NCBI GenBank assembly: GCA_963666185.1
Contig: OY762634.1
Location: 3,395,284 to 3,459,283 of the forward strand
Reading direction: 5' to 3'
DNA from: Dehalococcoidia bacterium
GTDB lineage: Bacteria > Chloroflexota > Dehalococcoidia > Lucifugimonadales > UBA1123
Length of the DNA: 64,000 nucleotides
The notes beneath the pieces are model-generated. The model ran no database searches and was not told where the DNA came from. It saw only the letters and a list, made by a program, of their open reading frames with translations. Positions within the stretch are counted from its first letter, which is position 1; each line of letters begins with the position of its first letter. Positions 9,143 through 18,056 of the stretch are shown one piece after another. The position numbers were made by a program, and so were the translations under genes.

Positions 9143-11827
9143 CTATCCGGCCAGCCGGTCGAGTATGTCCGTGAGACGCGCTATACGCTCTCGCGCTCCG
9201 GCAAGCCTGTCGCGCTCGCGGTCAACCACATCTTCAGGCGCGCGATTGACGAAATTCTCGTTGGACAGATTGCGGGTGATGCGTTGTTCGTACTTGGTGA
9301 GTTCGGCAAGTTCGGCCCTGATTCGCTTGGTCTCCTCGTCCAGGTCAACCAGGCCGCCCAGCGAAACCGCTAGAGTACCGGACGCGAGAGCCTGGATAGC
9401 CTTGTCAGAGGATCCGTCGGACTCGCTCGGCGCGTCGGCGATACTGAGGTCAATCATGGCCTGGGACTGGATGAAATCCAGCGATTCCGCGAAGACGCAG
9501 GAATGGGATCCGGTGGCGGCTATCTCCGCCTCGAGACGCTGGTTGTTCTGTATCCTGAACTCGGCGCGCAGGTTGCGGGCGGCGTGGACGAGTTCGATGA
9601 TGGACTCGACCTCCCCTTCCGATTCGGCGTCGTAGCGCGAGGAATCCGGCTCAGGATACGGCGCGACTATCAGCGCTTCGGGCCGGTCGGGGGCATCGGG
9701 CAGCGCGGCGACCAGCCTCGTCCAGATCTCCTCCGTCACGAACGGCATGAAGGGGTGGAGCGTCCTGAGCGTCTTTTCCAGGACGTGCGCCAGAGTCGGC
9801 AGCGGCGAGGGCGCGTCGCCGGCGCGCAGCCGAACCTTGCTCATCTCGATGTACCAGTCGCAGTATTCGTTCCAGAGGAAATCGTGGATGACGCGCTGCG
9901 CCTCTCCAAACTGGTAATCGCTCATGCTGGAGCCAACCTGCGACGCGAGGCGGTTGAGACGGCTGACTATCCAGCGGTCTTCGCGATGTTCCAGTTCAGG
10001 CAGTTCGCGCCAGCCCGCCATGTCCGAATCGGAAGCGTTCTCAAGGTTGCTTATGACGAATCGCGCGGCGTTCCAGAGCTTGTTGGCGAAGTTGCGGCTC
10101 GCTTCCAGCTTCTGTTCGTTCATCCTCATGTCGTTGCCCGCCGAGTTGCCGGTAGTCAGCGCGAAGCGAACGGCGTCCGCGCCGTACTGCCGGACGAGTT
10201 CGAGGGGGTCAACCACATTGCCCTTGGTCTTGCTCATCTTCACGCCTTCGGGGTCGCGCACCAGGCCGTGCAGATAGACGGTGTGGAACGGAATATCCCC
10301 CATGTTCTCCATGCCGAAGAAGATCATCCTGGCCACCCAGAAGAAGAGGATGTCGTGTCCCGTCTCCATGACCGACGTCGGATAGAAGTAGTCCAGGTCG
10401 TCGGTGTCGCCCGGCCAACCCAGCGTGGAGTGAGTCCACAGGCCGGAGCTGAACCAGGTATCCAGAACGTCGGGGTCGCGCGCCAGTTCCGCGCTTCCGC
10501 ACTTGGGGCAAGTATCCGGGTCTTCAAGCTCGACTATCATCTCGCCGCACTCGCAGTACCAGACGGGGATGCGGTGTCCCCACCATAGCTGGCGGCTTAT
10601 GGGCCAGTCGCGGATGTTGTCCATCCAGTTGAAATAGACGCGCGCGAAGCGTTCCGGCACCATCTTTATGCGCCCATCCGCCACGGCGTCGCGCGCGGGC
10701 TTGGCCAGCGGCTCCATCCTCACGTACCACTGGTCGCTGACTATCGGCTCGACGACCTCATCGCAGCGGTCGCAGTGGCCGACGGCGTGGTGGAAGTCCT
10801 CGACCTTCTCAAGAACGCCGTCCTCTTCCAATTGGCGAACGACGTTCTCCCTGGCGTCCGAGACGGACTGCCCGGCGTACTCAACGGCGTTCTCGTTCAG
10901 AGTTCCGTCCAGGTTCAGGATGTTCAGCGCGTCGAGGGCGTGGCGCTGGCCTATCTCGAAGTCAACCGGGTCGTGGCCGGGCGTCACCTTGAGCGCCCCG
11001 GTGCCGAACTCGATTTCGACCGATTCGTCGCCGATTATGGGCAGGACGCGGTTTACTATGGGCAGGACGGCGTTCCCGCCTATTAGGCGGGAGTAGCGTT
11101 CGTCGTCAGGATTGACCGCGACCGCGGTGTCGCCGAGCATGGTTTCGGGGCGCGTGGTGGCTATGACGACGTGGCCGGAATCGTCCTCAAGCGCGTACCG
11201 GATGTGGTACAGGTGAGCACTTTCGTCCTGGTACTTCACTTCCAGGTCGGACAGCGCGGTTCGGCATCGGGGGCACCAGTTGGTGATGCGGTTGCCCTTG
11301 TATATCAGGCCCTTCTTGTAGAGATTGACGAATGTGGTACGGACCGCCTTGGCCGGCCCTTCGTCGAGGGTGAAGGCGCGGCGCGTCCAGTCGCAGGACG
11401 CGCCCAGCCGCTCGGTCTGGCGGTAGATGCGGTCGCCGTAGTCGTCCACCCAGGACCAGACGCGCTCGATGAACTTGTCGCGTCCGAGGTCGTGCCTGCT
11501 CAGGCCGTCGGAGGCTATCTGCCGCTCCACGACGACCTGCGTGGCGATGCCCGCGTGGTCGGTGCCGGGCAGATACAGCGAGGGCTCTCCCAGCATACGA
11601 TGCCAGCGAATCATCAGGTCTTCGAGCGCGATGGTGAGCGCGTGGCCCATGTGAAGTTCGCCGGTTACGTTCGGAGGCGGCATGATGATGGTGAACGGCT
11701 TCTTGGAGCGATCTACTTCGGGCGTGAAGTAGCCGTTCTCGTTCCAGAACTTGTAGATACGCTCTTCGACCGCGCCCGGCGCGTAAGCGCGGGGCATATC
11801 CCCCTGCGGAACCAATTTGCTCGCCAT
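9143..11827 (-). CDS. valS: valine--tRNA ligase
   Basis: The HIGH-type motif PPPNVTGELHMGHAL and KMSKTKGN are present. The protein is 894 aa with a C-terminal coiled coil. Confidence 0.95.
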   Translation of the reverse strand: MASKLVPQGDMPRAYAPGAVEERIYKFWNENGYFTPEVDRSKKPFTIIMPPPNVTGELHMGHALTIALEDLMIRWHRMLGEPSLYLPGTDHAGIATQVVVERQIASDGLSRHDLGRDKFIERVWSWVDDYGDRIYRQTERLGASCDWTRRAFTLDEGPAKAVRTTFVNLYKKGLIYKGNRITNWCPRCRTALSDLEVKYQDESAHLYHIRYALEDDSGHVVIATTRPETMLGDTAVAVNPDDERYSRLIGGNAVLPIVNRVLPIIGDESVEIEFGTGALKVTPGHDPVDFEIGQRHALDALNILNLDGTLNENAVEYAGQSVSDARENVVRQLEEDGVLEKVEDFHHAVGHCDRCDEVVEPIVSDQWYVRMEPLAKPARDAVADGRIKMVPERFARVYFNWMDNIRDWPISRQLWWGHRIPVWYCECGEMIVELEDPDTCPKCGSAELARDPDVLDTWFSSGLWTHSTLGWPGDTDDLDYFYPTSVMETGHDILFFWVARMIFFGMENMGDIPFHTVYLHGLVRDPEGVKMSKTKGNVVDPLELVRQYGADAVRFALTTGNSAGNDMRMNEQKLEASRNFANKLWNAARFVISNLENASDSDMAGWRELPELEHREDRWIVSRLNRLASQVGSSMSDYQFGEAQRVIHDFLWNEYCDWYIEMSKVRLRAGDAPSPLPTLAHVLEKTLRTLHPFMPFVTEEIWTRLVAALPDAPDRPEALIVAPYPEPDSSRYDAESEGEVESIIELVHAARNLRAEFRIQNNQRLEAEIAATGSHSCVFAESLDFIQSQAMIDLSIADAPSESDGSSDKAIQALASGTLAVSLGGLVDLDEETKRIRAELAELTKYEQRITRNLSNENFVNRAPEDVVDRERDRLAGARERIARLTDILDRLAG

Positions 11828-11859
11828 ATCGTAACTCCCCCGATAATTGAACTGCGCTA

Positions 11860-11889
11860 ATTCTAGTCGGGCTGAAAAGCGAGCGTCAA
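11860..11889 (-). promoter_or_regulatory. sigma-70-like promoter upstream of valS
   Basis: The minus strand reads TTGACG (11889-11884), an 18-nt spacer, then TAGAAT (11865-11860). A GGGGGAG ribosome-binding site follows before ATG 11827. Confidence 0.4.
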
Positions 11890-11913
11890 ATGGGCTTAAG
11901 GACGTAGCTTATA

Positions 11914-13266
11914 TCAGCCGGAGCGCGATACGAAGCGCAATATCGAGTAGCCCAGCAGGCCGGCGATGGCCGAGGCGCACATGATCCCGAACTGAGCGTT
12001 CAGGACGAGATAGGGGTCGTCGAAGGCGAGGCTTGATATGAAGATGGCTACGGTGAAGCCGATGCCGCCGAGGAAGCCGACGCCAAGTACGCGCCCCCAG
12101 GACACCTCCGGCGAAAGTTTGACTATCCCGAACCAGGACGCCACCCAGGGGAACAGCGTTATTCCGACCGCCTTGCCCACTAACAATCCGACCACGACGC
12201 CTATGGTGACGCCGCTGGAAATCACGCCGCCGAAGTCCACGCCTGAGAAGCTAAGGCCAGCGTTGGCGAGCGCGAACACGGGCAGTATGACGTAACTGGC
12301 CCAGGGATGGGTGAGCCTTTCGAGCCTCTCCATAGGGGACTCGGCGCCCTGCGCCAGCACCTCGATCTCGCCCAGAAGCGCGTCGACGCGTTCTGTCTCC
12401 CCCGAGAACAGCGCCTCCCGATACTCCACAATCAGTTTCTCGTAATCCTCCGCGAATCGTTCCCTGCTGTACTGCGGTCTGGCCGAGGTAAGCAACCCGA
12501 AGATGACGCCGGCGATGGTGGCGTGGACGCCCGATTTGAGCATCGCGAACCATATCAGGAAGCCGAGCGCGGACGTGATAGCGGCGTGCCTGAATCCGAT
12601 TCGGTTCACGACCATAGTCGCTATCGCCAGGGCGGCCACCATGCCAAGATATGGGAAGGATATGGACTCGGTGTAGGCGACGGCTATGACGATGATAGCG
12701 CCCAGGTCGTCCACTACCGCCAGTCCGAGCAGGAACACACGCAGTTCGGACGGAATCCGCCGCCCCAGCAGAGCCAGGACGCCGAGCGCGAAGGCTATGT
12801 CGGTCGCCATGGGGATTCCCCATCCGCGCGCGCCCTCGCCCCCGGCGTTGAAGGCGAGATACAGCCCGGCGGGAACTACCATGCCGCCGAGCGCGGCTAT
12901 CGCGGGCAGCGCGGCGCCTCGGACAGTGGAGAAGTGGCCGAAGAATATCTCCCGCTTTATCTCCAGGCCGACGACGAAGAAGAATAGCGCCATAAGCCCG
13001 TCGTTTATCCAGTGGTGAAGCGACATATCAACCGCGATGATCGCCAGGTCGAACGACAGGTGGGTTTCCAGTATGTCATGGTACAGGTCGCGCCAGGGAG
13101 AGTTGGCCCAGACGAGCGCGATGATGGTGGCTACCAGCAGAATCAGTCCGCCGGTGGATTCGGTGTGGATGTACTGCTGTACGGGCAGGCGGAATCGGCG
13201 GGCAGCGTACAAGCTTTCCGCCAGCGCCCTGAGATTTCCCCTGCTTTGTGGAGGAGCGTCAGCCAT
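11914..13266 (-). CDS. nhaA: Na+/H+ antiporter NhaA
   Basis: Motif WINDGLMALFFFVVGLEIKRE and the conserved Asp pair in AVVDDLGAI. The start ATG shares one base with the upstream stop (TGATG). Confidence 0.9.
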   Translation of the reverse strand: MADAPPQSRGNLRALAESLYAARRFRLPVQQYIHTESTGGLILLVATIIALVWANSPWRDLYHDILETHLSFDLAIIAVDMSLHHWINDGLMALFFFVVGLEIKREIFFGHFSTVRGAALPAIAALGGMVVPAGLYLAFNAGGEGARGWGIPMATDIAFALGVLALLGRRIPSELRVFLLGLAVVDDLGAIIVIAVAYTESISFPYLGMVAALAIATMVVNRIGFRHAAITSALGFLIWFAMLKSGVHATIAGVIFGLLTSARPQYSRERFAEDYEKLIVEYREALFSGETERVDALLGEIEVLAQGAESPMERLERLTHPWASYVILPVFALANAGLSFSGVDFGGVISSGVTIGVVVGLLVGKAVGITLFPWVASWFGIVKLSPEVSWGRVLGVGFLGGIGFTVAIFISSLAFDDPYLVLNAQFGIMCASAIAGLLGYSILRFVSRSG

Positions 13267-13910
13267 CAGACGGCGCTCGCGCTCTTGGGCCGCAGGGGTT
13301 CGGAGACGCCAATCATGCTGTCGCGGGTTACCAGCGCGGCCAGTTCATCCTCAGTCATGCCCTCGCTGCCCGCCGGTCGGCGGGGCAGGACGAGGTAGCG
13401 CAGGTCGGCGGCGCTGTCCACGACGCGCACGCGCTTGTCATCGTCCAGTTCCAGGCCGAATTCGCGCATGACCGAGCGCGGCTCTATCACGGCGCGCTGG
13501 CGGTAGGCGAAGCTCTTGTACCAGTCGGGCGGCGGACCTAGAAGCGACGTCGGGTAGCAGGAGCAGAGGGTGCATACGACCAGGTGGTGAACCCCCTCGC
13601 TGTTCTCCACGACGGCGAGTTCGGCGTCGTGGGTGAGCGTGTAGCCGAGTTCGTAGACTGCGGAGCGGGCATCGGCGAGAAGGCGACGCTTGAAGTCGGG
13701 GTCGCTCCACGCCTTGGCGACGACCTTCGCGCCGTCCGCCGGGCTTCGGGAGCGATAGGCTTCGGCGCGTTCGCGCACTTCGCCATCGGCGATTACGCCC
13801 TTCTTTACCAACAGTTCGTGTATGGCGAGGGCGCGCTTAGCGGGGAGGCTCAGCGCGGCGTCGGGCTGCATCCCTTCATGTTCGGATTCGTCGTGATGAT
13901 TTTCGCTCAT
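13266..13910 (-). CDS. nthA: nitrile hydratase family alpha subunit (cobalt-type metal motif)
   Basis: The metal-binding motif VVCTLCSCYP is of the CTLCSC (Co-type) form. The length of 214 aa is typical. Confidence 0.9.
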   Translation of the reverse strand: MSENHHDESEHEGMQPDAALSLPAKRALAIHELLVKKGVIADGEVRERAEAYRSRSPADGAKVVAKAWSDPDFKRRLLADARSAVYELGYTLTHDAELAVVENSEGVHHLVVCTLCSCYPTSLLGPPPDWYKSFAYRQRAVIEPRSVMREFGLELDDDKRVRVVDSAADLRYLVLPRRPAGSEGMTEDELAALVTRDSMIGVSEPLRPKSASAV

Positions 13911-13939
13911 GGCTTCGCTCAGTCTTTAGTGATTAGCTT

Positions 13940-14257
13940 TTAGTTTTCAGAAGCGGGTTGGAGCCATTGTTCGTAGATGTCTATGATGAGCAGGTCGCGC
14001 TTGTCTTCGGGATAGCCGTCGCCCCAGACGTGGGACTGCTCGAATTCGACCTGGTACAGAAGGCGTTTGGGGACGCCTGTTCCTCCATGCGCCCGCGTTT
14101 CGGGGTCGAAGAACGGGCCGCTGACGGCGAGTACCCTGCCCCGCTTGCCCTTGATGAACCAGGGCGCGCGATGGTGATGGTCCGGCGCGTCGGACTTCAC
14201 CAGAACGGTGTCGCCCGGGGAGAACGCGCCGGGTTCGGCTGAGAATACTATCCCCAT
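13940..14257 (-). CDS. nitrile hydratase beta subunit, C-terminal-half protein
   Basis: The 105-aa ORF matches the SH3-like C-half of NHase beta: FSPGDTVLV, HHHRAPWFIKGKRGRV, LYQVEFEQSHVWG, IIDIYEQWL. It has its own ATG, with AAGGAA 11 nt upstream. Confidence 0.8.
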   Translation of the reverse strand: MGIVFSAEPGAFSPGDTVLVKSDAPDHHHRAPWFIKGKRGRVLAVSGPFFDPETRAHGGTGVPKRLLYQVEFEQSHVWGDGYPEDKRDLLIIDIYEQWLQPASEN

Positions 14258-14550
14258 CTGTCGTCCAGTTCCTTCACTTTGGCGTCTATCTCGTCGGCGG
14301 TCAGAATCCCCTTCTCCACAAGGATGGTCTCAAGGGAGGTTGACCAGCGTTCGTAGTAAGTGTAGCGCTCGTAGAGTTCGGGCGGTATGGACTCGATGCC
14401 GCGCCGCAGTTCGTCAACGCTCATGAGGTCGCGCGTCCTGAGCGCGCCAACCAGGGCGTTGGTCGTATGCTCCCAATCGGCCCATTCGTGATCTGACTGG
14501 TCTATGGGTTCGTCGGTGGGGATTCCTCCCCTGTCGTGTACGTTTGGCAT
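14248..14550 (-). CDS. nitrile hydratase beta subunit, N-terminal-half protein
   Basis: The 100-aa ORF matches the N-half of NHase beta: MPNVHDRGG, DELRRGIESIPPELYERYTYYERW. Its stop overlaps the next ORF by 10 nt. Confidence 0.8.
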   Translation of the reverse strand: MPNVHDRGGIPTDEPIDQSDHEWADWEHTTNALVGALRTRDLMSVDELRRGIESIPPELYERYTYYERWSTSLETILVEKGILTADEIDAKVKELDDRWG

Positions 14551-14554
14551 GGCG

Positions 14555-14872
14555 CTACTCGTGACCTACGGAGCTTAGGGGGTTGACGGTGACGCGGCTG
14601 AGGGTGACGTCGCCGGTGTTGCGGAACTGGTGCTCGACGTCGGGCGGCACGAGAACGGCGTCCCCGGCCTTGATGGGATACTCGGTTCCCTCGACCCACA
14701 GGACGCCCTCGCCTTCCACGATGTACGCCTGATGTTCCCAGGGGTGAACGTGCTGCGCGCTGGTTCCTCCCGGCGGATGCTGAACCCAGAGCATCACGTA
14801 GTTCGGTACGCCGTCCTCCGGGCCGAGGACGGGGTTTCCCCTGCCCTCTACGTTTTTGATTACTGGTTCCAT
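14555..14872 (-). CDS. cupin domain protein
   Basis: Cupin motifs GGTSAQHVHPWEHQAYIVEG and GDAVLVPPDVEHQFRN. It ends 4 nt upstream of the NHase beta N-half. GAGGT lies 5 nt before its ATG. Confidence 0.8.
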   Translation of the reverse strand: MEPVIKNVEGRGNPVLGPEDGVPNYVMLWVQHPPGGTSAQHVHPWEHQAYIVEGEGVLWVEGTEYPIKAGDAVLVPPDVEHQFRNTGDVTLSRVTVNPLSSVGHE

Positions 14873-14939
14873 TGTTTACCTCATTTTGCGGTTTAAGTTT
14901 GGTAGTAATCGCCTCGAACAATGTAATCCTAGGCGATTG

Positions 14940-15296
14940 TTACAACAGTCTGTACGGGACTCTGAACAGACGCTGCCGGGCAGGGTCAACTGCCAGACCT
15001 ATGCGCTGCATAGTGACCATACCCAACGCGGCCTCCATGTCTTCGTCTCCGAATACCACGACAGAACGAACCTCCTCGCCTTCCACGCGGAGAATGGTCT
15101 CGCCTATGTGGTAGTCTCGGAAACTGCCATCAGCGAGTTCGAAAGAACCGCTTCTCTGGGGTTCTACTCCGAGGTCGTTCAGGATGGACGCGGGGACGAT
15201 TGAGAAAGTCGCGCCGGTGTCCACCAGCGCTTCAACTATCTGGAAGCGTTCACCCTGTGGGTCGCCTACTCCTATCGGAACGTTGAACAGTCCCAT
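14940..15296 (-). CDS. retropepsin-like (clan AA) aspartic protease
   Basis: The 118-aa ORF carries the VDTGAT active-site motif in a single-lobe size class. Confidence 0.7.
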   Translation of the reverse strand: MGLFNVPIGVGDPQGERFQIVEALVDTGATFSIVPASILNDLGVEPQRSGSFELADGSFRDYHIGETILRVEGEEVRSVVVFGDEDMEAALGMVTMQRIGLAVDPARQRLFRVPYRLL

Positions 15297-15355
15297 TAAC
15301 TATAATCTCCTCCAGGGTCTTTCAGTTATTCTAGCTCGCTGACACCGCCGCGTAT

Positions 15356-15383
15356 GGATTCCCGCTTTCGCGGGAATGACGAG
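15356..15383 (+). repeat. type-C hairpin repeat
   Basis: The sequence is ggattcccgc-tttc-gcgggaatgacgag, with a perfect 8-bp stem. Confidence 0.7.
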
Positions 15384-15398
15384 AAATGCCAAAACGCC

Positions 15399-16094
15399 TT
15401 AGTATCTCTGGGCCAGCATCTCTTTGAGGCCCTCGACGCTGAAGCCGTCGGAGTTGGCGTAGCCGATGAGTTCCTGTTCGTTGTCCTCTACCCTCTTTAC
15501 GGCGTCGGGGATGTCGGCGGCGATGTCGCGGGGGACTTTGATGACGCCGTGCTGGTCGCCTTGGATGATGTCGCCGGGGTTGACCTCCAGGCCGCCGATC
15601 TTGACGGGTACGCCGACGTCGGTGATGTGGACGTAGGCGTGGGATACCAGGACGCATGAGGCGAAGGCGAAGAATCCGACTTCCTGCATTTCGTCCAGGT
15701 CGCGGACGCCGCCGTTGGTGACGGTGCCGACAGCGCCGAGAGCGCGGTGCAGGTTGGCCTGAACCTCGCCCCAGAACGAGCCTATCGGGTTGGGATAGTC
15801 AATGTCTTCGAGAACCAGGACGCGAGGGGCGGGTATCTTCATGATGGTGTCCACCCACTCGGTTCGGGAGACGTTCATGTGGGCGGACGGCGGGGCGTCG
15901 GCGGCTATCTTGGCGGTCACGGCGTAGCCTATTATGTGGCCCATGTTCGGGAAGATGCTCTTTATCTCCGGCCCCATGAATCCGATGTTGCGGGGCTGGT
16001 GATTGAACGTCTCTATCGCGTTGGCGATAGAGCAAGAGGGTATCTTGCGAAGGGTTTCAAGAAGGTCGGCGTCTATCGGCTGTATGTCTGACAC
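15399..16094 (-). CDS. RraA family protein (putative HMG/oxaloacetate-type aldolase-decarboxylase)
   Basis: TNGGVRD motif and an RraA-like layout, 231 aa. Confidence 0.75.
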   Translation of the reverse strand: MSDIQPIDADLLETLRKIPSCSIANAIETFNHQPRNIGFMGPEIKSIFPNMGHIIGYAVTAKIAADAPPSAHMNVSRTEWVDTIMKIPAPRVLVLEDIDYPNPIGSFWGEVQANLHRALGAVGTVTNGGVRDLDEMQEVGFFAFASCVLVSHAYVHITDVGVPVKIGGLEVNPGDIIQGDQHGVIKVPRDIAADIPDAVKRVEDNEQELIGYANSDGFSVEGLKEMLAQRY

Positions 16095-16125
16095 TTGTTA
16101 GTCCTCCTGGGACAGCGATGTTGTC

Positions 16126-16572
16126 TTAGGTCTCTATTATCTCAAATTCGCTGGTGATTCGGGCGCGTCCGCTAATGGTCGCGCCGATAGAGCAGTATTT
16201 GTTCTCGGACAGGTTGATGGCGCGCGCTACCAGACGTTCGTTCAGGCCGGAGCCTCGGATGGTGTAGCGAATCTCGATGTCCTCATAAGTCCAGGGCGGA
16301 TCGGGATTCTGGCGGCCCTTGACGCTGATTTCGACGCCCTCCACCTTCTGGCGCATCCTCTCCAGGATGTTCACGACATCTATGCCGCTGCACCCGGCCA
16401 GCGCGGTCAGCAGCATATCGCCGGGCATGAAGCCCTCGAACGCCTCGCCGTCGGACTGGGGCGCGTCCAGGGTCAGGGCGTGACCGTGGGCGTCGCGGGA
16501 CTCGAACTTGAAACCGTCTCGCCAAGTGAGGCTGACGGCGTTGGATGGCCTGTCGTCGGTCAACGTACTCAC
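16126..16572 (-). CDS. OsmC family peroxiredoxin-like protein
   Basis: The two conserved Cys contexts LAGCSGID and NKYCSIG are present. Length 148 aa. Confidence 0.8.
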   Translation of the reverse strand: MSTLTDDRPSNAVSLTWRDGFKFESRDAHGHALTLDAPQSDGEAFEGFMPGDMLLTALAGCSGIDVVNILERMRQKVEGVEISVKGRQNPDPPWTYEDIEIRYTIRGSGLNERLVARAINLSENKYCSIGATISGRARITSEFEIIET

Positions 16573-16573
16573 C

Positions 16574-16894
16574 TCACTCCGGCATACCGGCGTCTATCCA
16601 CGCGGCTATTTCGTCTATTTCGTCCGGCTTGAGGAACGGGCCTCCCATCGGCATACGCGGGATGGAGCCGAATCCCTTTCTCAGCGAGATTATCAGCGCG
16701 GTCTCCTCGGCGGGCAATCCCGGCTCTATGAACTTGGATCCCATTGATTCATCGTTGGCGAGTTCCCGCGGAGTGTCCCACGAGTATGAGTGGATGCCCG
16801 GAAGACCTTTGCGGCCTTCTTTGCGCTCCCATCTAGCCATTATGTTGTCCAGCAGTTCCCGTACCCTGGGCCAGGTCGCTACTTCCATACTCAT
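16574..16894 (-). CDS. hypothetical protein (106 aa), co-transcribed with osmC-like gene
   Basis: Only 1 nt separates it from the downstream ORF, and codon usage looks coherent. I recognised no motif. Confidence 0.5.
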   Translation of the reverse strand: MSMEVATWPRVRELLDNIMARWERKEGRKGLPGIHSYSWDTPRELANDESMGSKFIEPGLPAEETALIISLRKGFGSIPRMPMGGPFLKPDEIDEIAAWIDAGMPE

Positions 16895-17109
16895 TGGTCT
16901 TACCTACTCGCTCATCGCCTGCGTGATTGTCTATCTAGTGAAAAGGTACAAACATATTATCCATACCCGTAATAGTATAACAGCGCTTGACCGAGTGGGC
17001 TAGTAAGATTAACCTTGACGCCGAGTTTCGATTACTAGCGTCGCGCGTCTGTCGCGGCGTGTCGGAGTGAGCTTGCGGCAGTTCCGACACATTCAGAAAG
17101 GAGAACAAG

Positions 17110-18006
17110 ATGCCAAGCGGAGAAGTTGGATTTATCGGACTGGGGATAATGGGGCGCCCGATGGCGCGCAACCTGATGACGGCGGGATACTCGCTGACCG
17201 TGTACGACGTGGTTGGCACGGCGATGGAAGAGGTGGTCGGGGACGGAGCGAAGCCCGCGTCTTCGGCGGCCGAGGTGGCGGCGGCGACCCCGACGGTCAT
17301 CACGATGGTGCCGGACTCGGCGGACTCGGAGGCGGCTATCCTGGGAGAGAACGGCGTTCTGGAAGGCGCGTCGGAGGGGTCGGTGGTGATTGACATGAGT
17401 TCCATCGCGCCCGCGAGTTCGCAGAAGATAGCGGCGGCGTGCGAGGCCCAAGGAGTCGCCTTCCTGGACGCTCCGGTGTCGGGCGGCGAGCCGGGGGCTA
17501 TCTCGGCCACGCTCGCGATTATGGTAGGCGGCAAGAAGGACGTGTTCGACGCGCACCTCGGACTGCTGGAAGCGGTGGGATCGAGCATAGTGTTGTGCGG
17601 TGACTACGGCGCGGGCAACACGACCAAGCTGGCGAACCAGATAATGGTGGCGGCGAACATAGAGGCGGTGGGCGAGGCGCTGACTCTCACCAAGAAAGCG
17701 GGGCTTGACCCGAACGTGGTGTTCAACGCGGTCAAGGGCGGCCTGGCGGGATCCAACGTGCTGAACGCGAAGGGGCCGATGATGATAGAGGGCGACTTCA
17801 CGCCCGGCTTCCGAATCACGCTTCACCACAAAGACCTGAACAACGCGCTGCTCACCGCTAAAGAGCTTGGCGTGGGCCTGCCTGTGACCTCGCTGGTGCA
17901 GCAGATGATAGTCTCGCTGATGAACGAGGGGAAGGCCAACGCCGACCACTCGGCCATCGCCAACTTCATCGAGGACATGGCGGGCGTGACGATAAGCGGC
18001 GAGTAG
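17110..18006 (+). CDS. NAD(P)-dependent 3-hydroxyacid dehydrogenase (2-hydroxy-3-oxopropionate/3-hydroxyisobutyrate reductase family)
   Basis: GFIGLGIMGRPMARNL and DAPVSGG are present. AAAGGAGAA precedes the ATG. Confidence 0.85.
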   Translation: MPSGEVGFIGLGIMGRPMARNLMTAGYSLTVYDVVGTAMEEVVGDGAKPASSAAEVAAATPTVITMVPDSADSEAAILGENGVLEGASEGSVVIDMSSIAPASSQKIAAACEAQGVAFLDAPVSGGEPGAISATLAIMVGGKKDVFDAHLGLLEAVGSSIVLCGDYGAGNTTKLANQIMVAANIEAVGEALTLTKKAGLDPNVVFNAVKGGLAGSNVLNAKGPMMIEGDFTPGFRITLHHKDLNNALLTAKELGVGLPVTSLVQQMIVSLMNEGKANADHSAIANFIEDMAGVTISGE

Positions 18007-18056
18007 CGTAAGTCTCCGCCTGAAATCGAGGAGTAAAGGAAGGAAGGTGCGCTGGA

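Noticed and set aside
14248-14257. The split nitrile hydratase beta as a simple frameshift or sequencing error
   Set aside because: I kept the split as the working model. The second ORF has its own ATG and ribosome-binding site in a typical coupling overlap. The subunit sizes match known three-subunit relatives. I see no homopolymer longer than four bases at the junction. Only read-level inspection can exclude an error.
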